The notes beneath the pieces were generated by a model. The model had not been told where the DNA came from, searched no databases, and was given only the letters and a program-made list of their open reading frames with translations. Shown here piece by piece: positions 26,701 through 39,800 of a stretch of DNA of 64,000 nucleotides; within the stretch, counting starts at the first letter, position 1, and each line of letters starts with the position of its first letter. The stretch spans positions 13,516,001 through 13,580,000 of the forward strand of contig OZ024761.1 in assembly GCA_964016885.1 (NCBI GenBank), given 5' to 3'. The position numbers and the translations under genes are program-made. Source of the DNA: Eledone cirrhosa (taxonomy: Eukaryota).

Positions 26701-29700
26701 TCAGTAAAGTGAGAGTAGGTAATAAGTTTAGGGAGGAATTCAATGTACAGGTATGTGTCCATCAGGACTCAACCCTCAGCCCACTCCTGTTTATTATAAT
26801 TCTCCTGGCCATAACAGAGGAGTTTAAAACAGAGGCCATTACAGAGGAGTTTAAGTCCATGAGAACTTCTATATGCTGATGACCTGGTTCTTGTAACTGA
26901 AACTGTAGAAGAACTCATCATTTCATCATTTCATTTTACGTCCGCTTTTCCCTGCTTGCAAGGGTGGGACGGGAACTGATTCTGGCTTGATTTCTACAGC
27001 TGGATGCCCTTCCTAACACCAACCTCATTTACAGTGAGTGCTGGGTGCTTTTTTGCCGTGGCACCTCCACGGCCACTTTGCAGTGGAATGATAGGGATTG
27101 GGGTCCCTATCATCTCATTTCTACAGCTGAGTAAACTGGAGCAATGTGAAATAAAGTGTCTTGCTCAAGGAAACAACACATCACCCGGTCTGAGAATTGA
27201 ACTCACAACCTTTCGATTGCAAGGCCAATGCTCTAACCACTAAGCCATGTGTCTCCAACTATAAAAGAAATTCCAGCTTTGGAAACAGAACTTAGAATCA
27301 AAAGGGCTTGGAGCAATTTTGGGATAGAATAAAGTTTTATTAAAAAGAAAATAGGACAGAGCTCTGATCTCTTCAGGGCAGTGGCTTTACTTAATAAATA
27401 GGAACTCTATATGATGTACACAAAAGGTATTGTGGGATAGAAGGTATACTAACAAAAAAGGTAGACTTTGTATGTTGTATATGTACTGGGGTTGTTGATA
27501 GTAAGGGCATCTGTAAAATATACTTTTTCCAATCCCAGGAAGGATCCACAGAAGTGGGTGATAGCTTCTGCTACCTAGATGATCTAATTAGCGGTTGAGG
27601 TGGTTGCTTTGAGGGCATAGTGGCCAGAATGAGAACAAGATGAAAAAAGTTCAGGGAGCTACTGATTCTGTTGACAATAAAAGATTTCTCTCTATGAACA
27701 AAAAATTGACTATATGATGCCTGTGTGTGATGTTGCATGGTAGTGAGTAATGGGCAATAAATGCAGGAGAGAAATGAAGCAAGCATGCTGTAGGGTGGTG
27801 ATTGTGATGATGATGATGGTGATGACAGTGACAATGACAACGATGATAATGATGGTGATAACAATGACGATGATGATGATGAGGCTTCATTTAATTAATA
27901 AAATTAGTTTTGATTAACGAACCTTGAATAATTCTTTGTAGGCTGTGTTTTTCACACTCAGATACATAAGATGTTCCCTGTTGATCGATGAAGTATTAAA
28001 GTTTACGGCAATCATGACATTATCAAGTGCAGAATAGACAAGTGTGTACTGACCAACAGGAGATATTGCAGTGTCTGTAAGAAGAGACAAGAACGAGACT
28101 GTCGAGTTAGCATGGCCTCCTACAAAGTTGTATTTCGGGAAGTTTCTTGGCTGTTTTAATGATAAAAACACCAGTCCTATAACCCTTTAGCATTTAAACA
28201 AACCATATCCAGCCAGAATTCTTTCACCTATTCTGTTCAAACTGGCTGTAACCAGATGCTCATACTTATGTTAAGTTATTGTTCTCAAAATAAAGAAAAT
28301 ATCAAAATCTCATAGATTCGATATTATGTGAGGTAAAGCCCCTACTGTGAAAATATAATAGTAAATATAGAGTAATGTAAATGCTAAAGGGGTAATGTGG
28401 TTACAGCTCACACCTATGTAAGTTTAGCTGCCCTCCTTCGAGGTTGGATCTCATAGGAGGTTTCTTGGATGTTCTAATGATAGGGGATGCCAGTTCTACA
28501 ATGTTGTTACATCTCACACCTATGTAAGTTTAGCTGCCCTCCTTCGAGGTTGCATCTCATAGGAGGTTTCTTGGGTGTTCTAATGATAGGGGATGCCAGT
28601 TCTAAAATGTTGTTACATCTCACACCTATGTAGGTTTAGCTGGCTTCCTATAAGGTTGTATCTCATAGGAGGTTTCTTGGGTGTTTTACTGATAAAGGCA
28701 CCAGACCTATAATGCTGTTACATCTCACACACATGTAGGGTTAGCTGGCTTCCCTCAACATAGTATCTCATAGGTGGTTTCTTGGGTATTTTAACCCTTT
28801 AGCATTCACATTACTCTATATTTACTATTGTATTTTAACAGAAAAGTCTTTACCTCACATAATATCGAATCTACGAGATTTTGATATTATTTATTTTGAT
28901 AACCATACCTTAATGCTGGTATGAGCAGCCAGTTATGACTGGTTTGAACAGAAAATGGTGAGAGAATTCTGGCCAGATGCGTAAGTGGAGGTAGAACATA
29001 AGAGCCCCTGGATACAGAAACAACAACAGATCATTAAAATCAACTCACCTTTCAATTCAATCCAGTTATCTGACATCTTGATCTTACCCACCAATATCTC
29101 ATTAATTCTTAGAGTATTGCTGCTGACAGGTGTTGATGATGATGATGGTAATGATGTTGACGATGATGATGATGATGTTGATGCTGGTGATGTTGATGTT
29201 GGTGGTGATGGTGATGATGATGGTGATGATGTTGGTAATGTTGATGATGATGGTGGTGATGATGGTGATGATGTTGGTGGTGATGGTGATGATGGTGATG
29301 ATGTTGGTAATGTTGATGATGATGGTGGTGATGATGGTGATGATGTTGGTGGTGATGGTGATGATGGTGATGATGTTGGTAATGTTGATGATGATGGTGG
29401 TGATGATGGTGATGATGTTGGTGGTGATGATGATGGTGATGATGTTGTTGTTGGTGGTGGTGTTGTAATTTCTGTTGTTGTATCTGGGATCAAGGATGAT
29501 TCCTCCGTAGATGTCACCACAGTGTCACTCGGTGCTGTTCCTGTTATCACGGGAACGGACGTAGTGTCGTCGGTGGTGGTGGTGGTGGTGGTGGTGGTGG
29601 TGGCCGTCGTCATGCCAGTGCTCACCATATCTGTCAGCATCTCCGTCACTTCTTGGGAAGAACTTTCTGGCAGTGAAATTGACGTCGTTGAAGAACCATT

Positions 29701-31685
29701 TGATGCTGTCTCCAGGGAAACAGTAGTGGTCAATGTTGCTACTGATGATGATGATGATGATGACGCTGACGACAATGATGATTGTGGTGTTGATGTTGGT
29801 GATGATGTTGATGATGGTGAGGATGTTGATGGTGGTGAGGATGTTGATGGTCGTGATGAGGATGATGGTGATGATGTTGATGATGGTGGTGATGATGTTG
29901 ATGGTGATGATGATGTTGATGATGGTGAGGATGTTGATGGTGGTGATGATGTTGATGATGGTGGTGATAATGTTGATGGTGATGTAGTAGGACTTGTTGC
30001 AACACCAAATGCAGCCATGTCATCTGGCAGCTGTATGTATGATTGCAAACAGAGAAAGGAACAATTCGTCCGGGCAGAAGCAGGGTAGAACTTTGAGAAT
30101 AAGTCGCAATGACAGAATCTTACAAGGCTACTGATGTTGGTATTCTGAAATATTAGACATGGAATGTTAATAGGCATGGAAGGATGACGGTATAGACATG
30201 GAAGAATGACGGTATAGACATGGAAGAATGACGGTATAGACAAGGTTAAAAGCAGGAAAGAGGAGGAGAAGAAGAGAAAAACTAATTACCCGGTAGACAT
30301 ACTGTATATCTTGTTGTTGGGGAGGATATAGCTCTGGGTAGGTCTGAAAAATAAAGCATTTCAACATCTTCACAATGAGAAGAAGAAGAAGAAAAAGAAA
30401 AAGAAGAAAAAGAAGAAAAAGAAGAAGAAGAAGGCAGAGGAGGAGGAGAAAAATAATAATAAGAAGAAGAAAAAGGGGGAAAAGAAGAAGGGAGGGGGAG
30501 AAGAAGAAGAAGAAGGCAGAGGAGGAGGATGAGGAAAAGAAGAAGGAGGAGTGAGGGAAGGAGGGAGAAGGAACAATTAGTATGAAATTATACAAAAACA
30601 AAAAAATACAAAGAATAAAAAATAAAAATTTCATAAATAGAAGTTTAAAAAAGAGAATGTCCCACCACTCGTTCCATTGTTATTGGTCAAAACTTACCCA
30701 CATTTTCAGCCTGGTATTTATTGGTTGACTGTGATTATTACCAATAACCACCCCATCAATAACAGTTGACTGTGATGTGTTGGACGTAAAATTCAAGACA
30801 ACTGTAACAGTCTGTATTTGGACAATTGATAAAGAAAATAATTTCACTTTTAATCCTTTCATGGCCATATTTGGAATGAAATAACATTCTATTTCAATAA
30901 ATTACTGAAAAATTTTGAGAGATTTCCTAGAACTATTATTTCATTACTGAAATATGGGCGGAGGTGGTGAGAGTAGACCTTAGATCGCTGAAACTCACGG
31001 AGGAGATGACGAAGGACTGTGACAAGTGGAGAGATGCTGTGCTGAATAGGACCCATCCCACCTTTGCAAGCAGGGAAAAGCGGATGTAAAATGATGATGA
31101 TGATGATGATGATATATGGCTTAGTGGTTAGAGCATTGGCCTTGCAATCGAAAGGTTGTGAGTTCAATTCTCAGACCGGGTGATGTGTTGTTTCCTTGAG
31201 CAAGACACTTTATTTCACATTGCTCCAGTTTACTCAGCTGTAGAAATGAGATGATAGGGACTGGGGTCCCTATCATTCCACTGCAAAGTGGTCGTGGAGG
31301 TGCCACATCAAAAAAGCACCCAGCACTCACTGTAAATGAGGTTGGTGTTAGGAAGGGCATCCAGCTGTAGAAATCAAGCCAGAATCAGTTCCCGTCCCAC
31401 CCTTGCAAGCAGGGAAAAAGCGGACGTAAAAAATAAAAAAAAAATAAAAAAAATAAAAAAATTAAAAAAAATTTTGAATAGCGCCAGTTCGTAATTTGAA
31501 CTTGGGAATTTTATATTCTCCGAGTGAAAAGATCCTTCTGACGAGAGTTTTTCTTTGCAATGGATGCCGTAAGGACTGTCCATTTATTTTTGAAACTCGA
31601 AACCGATTCGGTAAAGGTAACCATAGTGAGTAAAGTTAATTTTTTAAAATTTATTTTGAAACTTTTTCTTATTTGCTAAACCTTG

Positions 31686-31720
<35 letters not shown>

Positions 31721-34700
31721 GGAAGATGCAGTAGAGGAAAACCATGAAAAACATGGGCGGAGGTGGTGAGTGCAGACCTCAGATCGCTGAAGCTGGCGGA
31801 GGAGATGTGTGTGTGCGGGAGAGAAGACTGCGATGGTATGGACATATGATGCGCATGGAGGATGACCGGTGAGTAAAGAAGTGCCAAGAAATCCCAGTAG
31901 AAGAAAGATGCTGTAGAGGAAGACCACCAAAAACATGGGCAGAGGTGGTGAGAGCAGACCTCAGATCGCTGAATAGGACCCGTCCCACCCTTGCAAGCAG
32001 GGAAAAGCGGACATAAAATGATGATGATGATGAGATAGTAACTTAACACATGGTTCTTACATAAAATTATGTTGGAAGATTTAAATTCTATTTCAATTAG
32101 TTACTGAAGAATTTTGAGTGATTTCTTAGAATTATTATTTCATTTGTGAAGTCGTGTGGCTGAGTGGTTAGAGAATTGGATTCACAATCGTGAGGTTGTG
32201 AGTTTGATTCCCGGACACAGCGATGCGTTATATCCTTCTGCATTTCATGTTACTCCTTCTGCCTGGAGTTGCGACCGGTAGATAGTATTCGCAATTGGAA
32301 AGACCAATGGAAACATTGTTTCCTCGGTCCGATTCGATGAGCTCCACCCTGGGATCTTGTCGATTGATTATCGACTTGGATAGTAACTTAACACGTGGTT
32401 CTTACATAAAATTATGTTGGAAGATTTAAATTCTATTTCAATTAGTTACTGAAGAATTTTGAGGGATTTATTAAATTTATTAATTATTTCATTACGAAGA
32501 TAGTAACTTAACACATGGTTCTACAGGAGTATGGGATTGATAGTCAGCTTCTTGCTGCCCTGATGCCAAGGACACAACAGCCTCTCTAGTGTTGCTGGTC
32601 ATCACAATAAATACACCCAGTACACGCTGTAAAGTGGTTGGTGATAGGAAGGACATCCAGCTGTAGAAAGCCTGTCAAACAAAGGGTTGGGTGGACCCTT
32701 CAGCTGTGTCAAGGACATAACAACTTCCCTAATGCACCTGGTAGAATGTGACACCCTACGTAAGCGAAATGCAGATCCCTCAGCCTGTCTGCAAGGTCAG
32801 TATCCCTACATCAGTACTGACTTTGTCTATGTAGACCTGTCCAATGCTTGCTAGCAGGGAAAGTGGATGTTAAGTGATAATGATGATGATAAATACTTTA
32901 AAACAAACAGGTGATAAAAGCTGACCTTGCTCAATTGCACCTCTCAAAGGTGATGACACAGGACCAAGACCTCTGGTGTTACACAGTAATACAGAAGACC
33001 CAAGTTCCCACAGGTACAAGCCGAAGCTGAAGCATATCGACAATATGCCCCCACGCCCTTCCCACTGTAAAGTGGTCATGTAGGCACCATGGTAAAAAAG
33101 CACCCAGCACTCACTGTAAATGATGTTGGTGTTAGGAAGGGCATCCAGCTGTAGAAATGAAGCCAAAATCAGTTCTGTATGAGCAAGACATGGTCACCTG
33201 ACTTGGCCCACAACAGGACAACCTGTCTAACCCATGCTAACATGGAGACATTGACATAAAATGGTGATGATGATGATGAGCTCTGCCCTGTGAAATAAAG
33301 GCTGGTTTCAGATGGTTTGATATCAAAACAGATAAGTAGTGACTTGATCCATTATAACCAGTCCAGCCCATGCCAACATGGAAAAGCGGACATGAAATGA
33401 TGATGATGATGTTTTATTTATTAAAGGGTTGTGTGAACCATGCAGAAAATTCCAATGGAGTAAAAATGGTGAAGTGCCAAACCTTTGCTGTTGCATTGAA
33501 GGGGATTTCCAAACTGTAATATTCCTTCTCATCAGTGGTAAATTGATCTAGCGATGTATTAGATGAGCTTTCGTTATTAATATACACAGCAATCATGAGG
33601 GACTTCAACTTCCATTTTGGCAAGCCACTACTGTGCAGAGTTACATTAAGGTTAGAACTTTTGAGAAATGACACTTGCTCAATATGAACTGGTGATAGGG
33701 GACAACTGTTGACCCTTCCTCTTGTTGGGGAACTGCTGGCCAATGGAATTAGGTGGACTTCTTCGTAACAAATAATAACATTGGATTGAACTGGTGAAGA
33801 GAAAATGTAAAAATAAACAATGAAAAAAAAAAAAATTTTATAAATGAAACTTCCTATTTATATAACCTTGTAGGAGGCCAGCTAAACCTACATAGTGAGA
33901 CCTGTAATAACATGATAGGACTGAGGTCCCCTATCATTAAAACACCCTTGAAACATCCTATTAGTGCACGAGGCCAGCTAAACCTACATAGTGAGACCTG
34001 TAATAACATGATAGGACTGAGGTCCCCTATCATTAAAACACCCTTGAAACTTCCTATTTATATAACCTTGTAGGAGGCCAGATAAACCTACATAGTGTGA
34101 GCTGTAATGATATGATAGGACTGAGGTCCCCTATCATTAAAACACCCTTAAAACATCCTATTAGTGTAGGAGGCGTGCTAAACCTACATAGTGTGAGCTG
34201 TAATAACATGATAGGACCGAGGACCCCTATCATTAAAAGACATATGGAACCTCCTTTTCAGCAGCAGTTCTTACTGATAATCAAACTTTCCAGTTGTTGT
34301 CTTCCTGTTTCTTCTACAACAACTACAACGGTACGCGATGGGGGCCACCCACAGCCCCGGCGGACAGAATGGAGAAGGCGTTTCCCTGGAGGAAGGCGAG
34401 GGAGACACGCTGGAAGAACCACTCCAACTCGCGGGGCTCACACCTGCAGCTGGCCAGCTCAGCGCCTATGGTGGTGAGTAAGGAGGTAGCCCTGGGGCTG
34501 AGGACACCAGAAGTCTCCACTGCCAGGGGTACGACCGCAAACGTGTCGGAGAGCGACCGGTATTTGAGGAGTTTGGTCCCCTCAGCCCGACGTGCAGCAG
34601 AACCTGGGTCAGTCGCAGACTGCACCAGGTTGCGGCTACAGAAAGTGTCGGTGCAAGTGGCATCCCAGACGAGGGGTTTGCCACCGCGGAAAGGAAGATG

Positions 34701-34979
34701 GTCATGCCATCTGGCCTTTTGCCGTCCCCTCGATCCAGTCCCACCGGCTCGAGCTGGGAAGGGAAGCCTGCAGGGTCCAAGCCAACCAGCTAAACTTACT
34801 TAAATGTGATCTGTAACAAAAAAATAATAATAGAGCCAGGCACTTCATTATTAAAACACCCAAGAAATCTTCTGTGAGATGTAAAGTAAACGTAAAGGTC
34901 TTTAAAAGTAAAGGTCTTTAATGGATTTCTAAGGGTACTGTCTTGAGATGGGAGAGAGATTGGCAGAAGTGTGTGTGTG

Positions 34980-35014
<35 letters not shown>

Positions 35015-36777
35015 AGTACAAGAAGGAGTAAGTGTGAGAGAGAGTGGGGGGGGGGGGCAATAGAGAGATACAAAGAGAGAGAGAGAGAGAAATAGTACTT
35101 ACAATCCCTTTTAGTAAAACTCTGAAGAATCTAGAAAAAATAATAAAACAAATGCCAAATTTAACATTTTTATTTAACCCTTTCATTACAATATTTCTAA
35201 TGAAAGACACTGTCTATGTTATTAACCCTTTCATTACCATATTTCTAATGAAAGACACTACCTATGTCATTAACCCTTTCATTACAATATTTCTAATGAA
35301 AGACACTGTCTATGTTATTAACCCTTTCATTACCATATTTCTAATGAAAGATACTACCTATGTCATTAACCCTTTCATTACCATATTTCTAATGAAAGAC
35401 ACTGTCTATGTTATTAACCCTTTCATTACCATATTTCTAATGAAAGACACTGTCTATGTCATTAACCCTTTCATTACCATATTTCTAATAAAAGACACTG
35501 TCTATGTCATTAACCCTTTCATTACCATATTTCTAAGGAAAGACACTACCTATGTCATTAACCCTTTCATTACCATATTTCTAATGAAAGACACTACCTA
35601 TGTCATTAACCTTTTCATTACCATATTTCTAATGAAAGACACTGTCTATGTCATTAACCCTTTCATTACCATATTTCTAATAAAAGACACTGTCTATGTC
35701 ATTAACCCTTTCATTACCATATTTCTAATGAAAGACACTGTCTATGTCATTAACCCTTTCATTACCATATTTCTAATGAAAGACACTGTCTATGTCATTA
35801 ACCCTTTCATTACCATATTTCTAATAAAAGACACTGTCGATGTCATTAACCCTTTCATTACCATATTTCTAATGAAAGACACTGTCTATGTCATTAACCC
35901 TTTCATTACCATATTTCTAATGAAAGACACTGTCTATGTCATTAACCCTTTCATTACCATATTTCTAATAAAAGACACTACCTATGTCATTAACCCTTTC
36001 ATTACCATATTTCTAATGAAAGACACTGTCTATGTCATTAACCCTTTCATTACCATATTTCTAATAAAAGACACTGTCTATGTCATTAACCCTTTCATTA
36101 CCATATTTCTAATGAAAGACACTGTCTATGTCATTAACCCTTTCATTACCATATTTCTAATGAAAGACACTGTCTATGTCATTAACCCTTTCATTACCAT
36201 ATTTCTAATAAAAGACACTGTCTATGTCATTAACCCTTTCATTACCATATTTCTAATAAAAGACACTACCTATGTCATTAACCCTTTCATTACCATATTT
36301 CTAATGAAAGACACTGTCTATGTCATTAACCCTTTCATTACCATATTTCTAATGAAAGACACTGTCTATGTCATTAACCCTTTCATTACCATATTTCTAA
36401 TGAAAGACACTGTAGTTACAGATACATATATACATCATCAACATCTTATGTTTGTTTTTCCATGCTGGCATGGGTTGAACAGATTAGCATGTTGGTCTGA
36501 GACCAGACAGGCCAGGATGACCATCTACCACCCCCACCCCACACACACACACACTGACCCACTTAGTAAAAAACCAGTCTGAAGAAGATAAGCAGTTGAC
36601 ATAGTTACCTGCGATTTATTTGACAAGGTCAGAGTGAATGTCATGTTGTGGTACATCTTTAAATTCTCCATCATCTTACTGCTGTTGGTGGGGCTAAGTA
36701 CAAAAAAACCCTTACTGTTGGTGTACAGTCCATCTAATGACATATTGTTAGATCTGGAATATATGTATAATATATAA

Positions 36778-36826
<49 letters not shown>

Positions 36827-39800
36827 GAGGTTATATTTAATTTGTTGGGATTCAACAAATTAAATATATCACCCTCAATAAATGTAATATCTCCACTATC
36901 CAGGAAGCTCCAACCGTTAAGGTTGCCTTTTTTTCCAGGTCTGTCAATATTTATTTATAAAACAGTTGGAAACACATGGCTTAGTGGTTAGAGCACTGGG
37001 CTTGCAATCGAAAGGTTGTGAGTTCAATTCTCAGACCGGGTGATGTGTTGTTTCCTTGAGCAAGACACTTTATTTCACATTGCTCCAGTTTACTCAGCTG
37101 TAGAAATGAGATGATGGCGACTGGGGTCTCTATCATTCCACTGCAAATGATAGGGACCCCAGTCGCCATCATCTCATTTCTACAGCTGAGTAAACTGGAG
37201 CAATGTGAAATAAAGTGTCTTGCTCAAGGAAACAACACATCACCCGGTCTGAGAATTGAACTCAACCTTTCAATTGCAAGGCCAATACTCTAACCACTAA
37301 GCCATGTGCCTCCATATATATATATATACACACACATACATACATATAATATAATAAATCACATGAATACATCAATTTCACAGAAAAAAGGACTAACATT
37401 TATAGTATATTTTAAGGGAGTGATCTGTGTAATACTGATCTTTAACAAATATTAAAACGCTATTAAAATATTTGACAAGTCATACTATGAGGTATGCCTC
37501 TGTGGTCATGTAAGTCCCACCAATGTATTTTTACCTATGGAGGTCTAATAATTTATATAAATGGTTTAATGAACCAGCCACCGTAGTGTTTCTCACCCAT
37601 GGTAATCAAAGACAGATCAATACATCTGAAGAAGAAGTTTCTTTTTTCACTCTCTGACGATAGCTTATCTGGCTTTAATAGAAAGTGCTCCTAGTCCAGG
37701 TAGCGCCCCCTTTCAAGTGACACCCATGGCACGTGCCATGCTTGCCACCATACCCTAGATACACCTCTGCCACATGATGTACTATGCAGACATGAACCTA
37801 TCTGATTGGTCAATCAACAGGTTTTATTGACCCCTGAAAGAATGAAAGGCAAAGGTGACATCAGATCATGAAGAGCCGGAAAAAATATCACAAAGCATTT
37901 TGTCCGACACTCTACCGATTCTGCCAAATCCACAACAACAACAACAAGAACAACACATTACTAATAAATTAAAGACTTACATGCTACCGTTGCTTATTTG
38001 TAACGAGATATCTGTCAATGAGACATTTCCACTGCCACCGTCATAGATTTCTATAAAATCCTCCAGTGGATTGTTACTCCTGTACACCTCATTGATCCAT
38101 ACCTATAACAATAATAAACCGATACCAGGATTTAAAGAAGGAGTTAAAAAGGATTTGGGGCTGTCGTGAGATCAAGGTCGTCCTGATTGTCATAGGAACA
38201 CTAGGTACTATCTCAAAGAGTTTTCAAGGATGGTTAAAGAACATTAGTCCAGCCTTGTTTTTTGGAACCACTTCAAAAGGCTTGCTTGCTGGGAACAGCA
38301 AGAACCCTGTGAAACGTCCTGAATATCTAAGGCTGCAGGTAGCGGTTTGATGTTCATTTGAATAAACTTTCCAGTTAAATAACATCAATGACTGAGACTC
38401 AAAGAATGATAATAACAATAATTGTTTCTACTTTAGGCCCAAGGCCAGCAATTATCCCAGTGTATTACTGGTACTTTATTTTATCGACCCCGTAAGGGTG
38501 AAAGGCAAAGTTAACCTCGGCGGGATTTGAACTCAGACCATAAAGGGCCGAAACTCTTTGCTGCAAAGCATGGCGTCAGACGTTCTACCGATTCTGCCAA
38601 TCAACCAATAATAATAATTTCTACTTTAGGCACAAGGCCAGAAATTTGGGGAGAGGGGAAAGTTGATCAAATCAACCCCCAGTGTATTACTGGTACTTTA
38701 TGTTATCGACCCCGTAAGGATGAAAGGCAAAGCTAACCTCGGCGGGATTTGAACTCAGAACATAAAGGGCCCTAACTCTATGCTGCAAAGCATGGTGTCT
38801 GACGCTCTACCGATTCTGCTGCCAATATAATAATAGCAAAGGTTTCTCTAAGAAAAATACAAGGCTGCTGCTGCTGCTACAATAATTAACAAAAATGGCA
38901 AAACATAAATGATTTTTTTTTTTTTAACTTATTTCTAAATTCAGGCAGAAAGCCACATTAAATAAATAAATAAAATAACAATAACAATAATAATAAAACA
39001 AAGAGGAAAACTCGAAGTTGTGGGTTGCTTAAGTAACTGTTTGCGGGCCTTCTCATTATTTTACATTTCTATATTTCACATATAGTAATTTTTTTTTAAG
39101 ATCAAGAATCAAGATTGAGGAAGCTCAAGACAAAGCAGAAGGAACAAAGACAGGAGAAAGATGAGGGAAGGGGAAGATCAGGGCAGAGAAAGATGAGGGA
39201 AGGGGAAGATCAGGAGAGAGAAAGATGAGGGAAGGGGAAGATCAGGGCAGAGAAAGATGAGGGAAGGGGAAGATCAGGAGAGAGAAAGATGAGGGAAGGG
39301 GAAGATCAGGGCAGAGAAAGATGAGGGAAGGGGAAGATCAGGAGAGAGAAAGATTGAGGGAGAGGAAGATCAGGGCAGAGAAAGATTGAGGGAGAGGAAG
39401 ATCAGGGCAGAGAAAGATGAGGGAAGGGGAAGATCAGGAGAGAGAAAGATTGAGGGAGAGGAAGATCAGGGCAGAGAAAGATTGAGGGAGAGGAAGATCA
39501 GGGCAGAGAAAGATTGAGAGAGGATGATTGAGAGAAAGGACGATTGAGAGAGAGGAAGATTGAGACAGAATGATAAGGACAGAAGATCAAGACGGGAAGA
39601 TCAAAGGAGAGAAGATGATCAAAGGAGAAGATGATCAAGACAGAAGATCAAAGGAGAGAAGATGATCAAAAGAGAGGGTGATCAAGACAGAAGATCAAAG
39701 GAGAGAAGATGATCAAAAGAGAGGGTGATCAAGACAGAAGATCAAAGGAGAGAAGATGATCAAAGGAGAAGATGATCAAGACAGAAGATCAAAGGAGAGA

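Noticed and set aside
28985-30088. Plus-strand D/G/V-rich 367-aa ORF
   Set aside because: Antisense shadow of mucin exon 8.
32150-32220. tRNA-like sequence (also the SINE heads)
   Set aside because: A/B boxes are present but there is no full cloverleaf; it continues into SINE body.
35044-36582. 512-aa ORF with 15-aa repeats
   Set aside because: A 45-bp unit is divisible by 3, so the open frame arises by chance; it is intronic and antisense.
37650-37700. CTGACGA...GAAA motif
   Set aside because: No stem I pairing.
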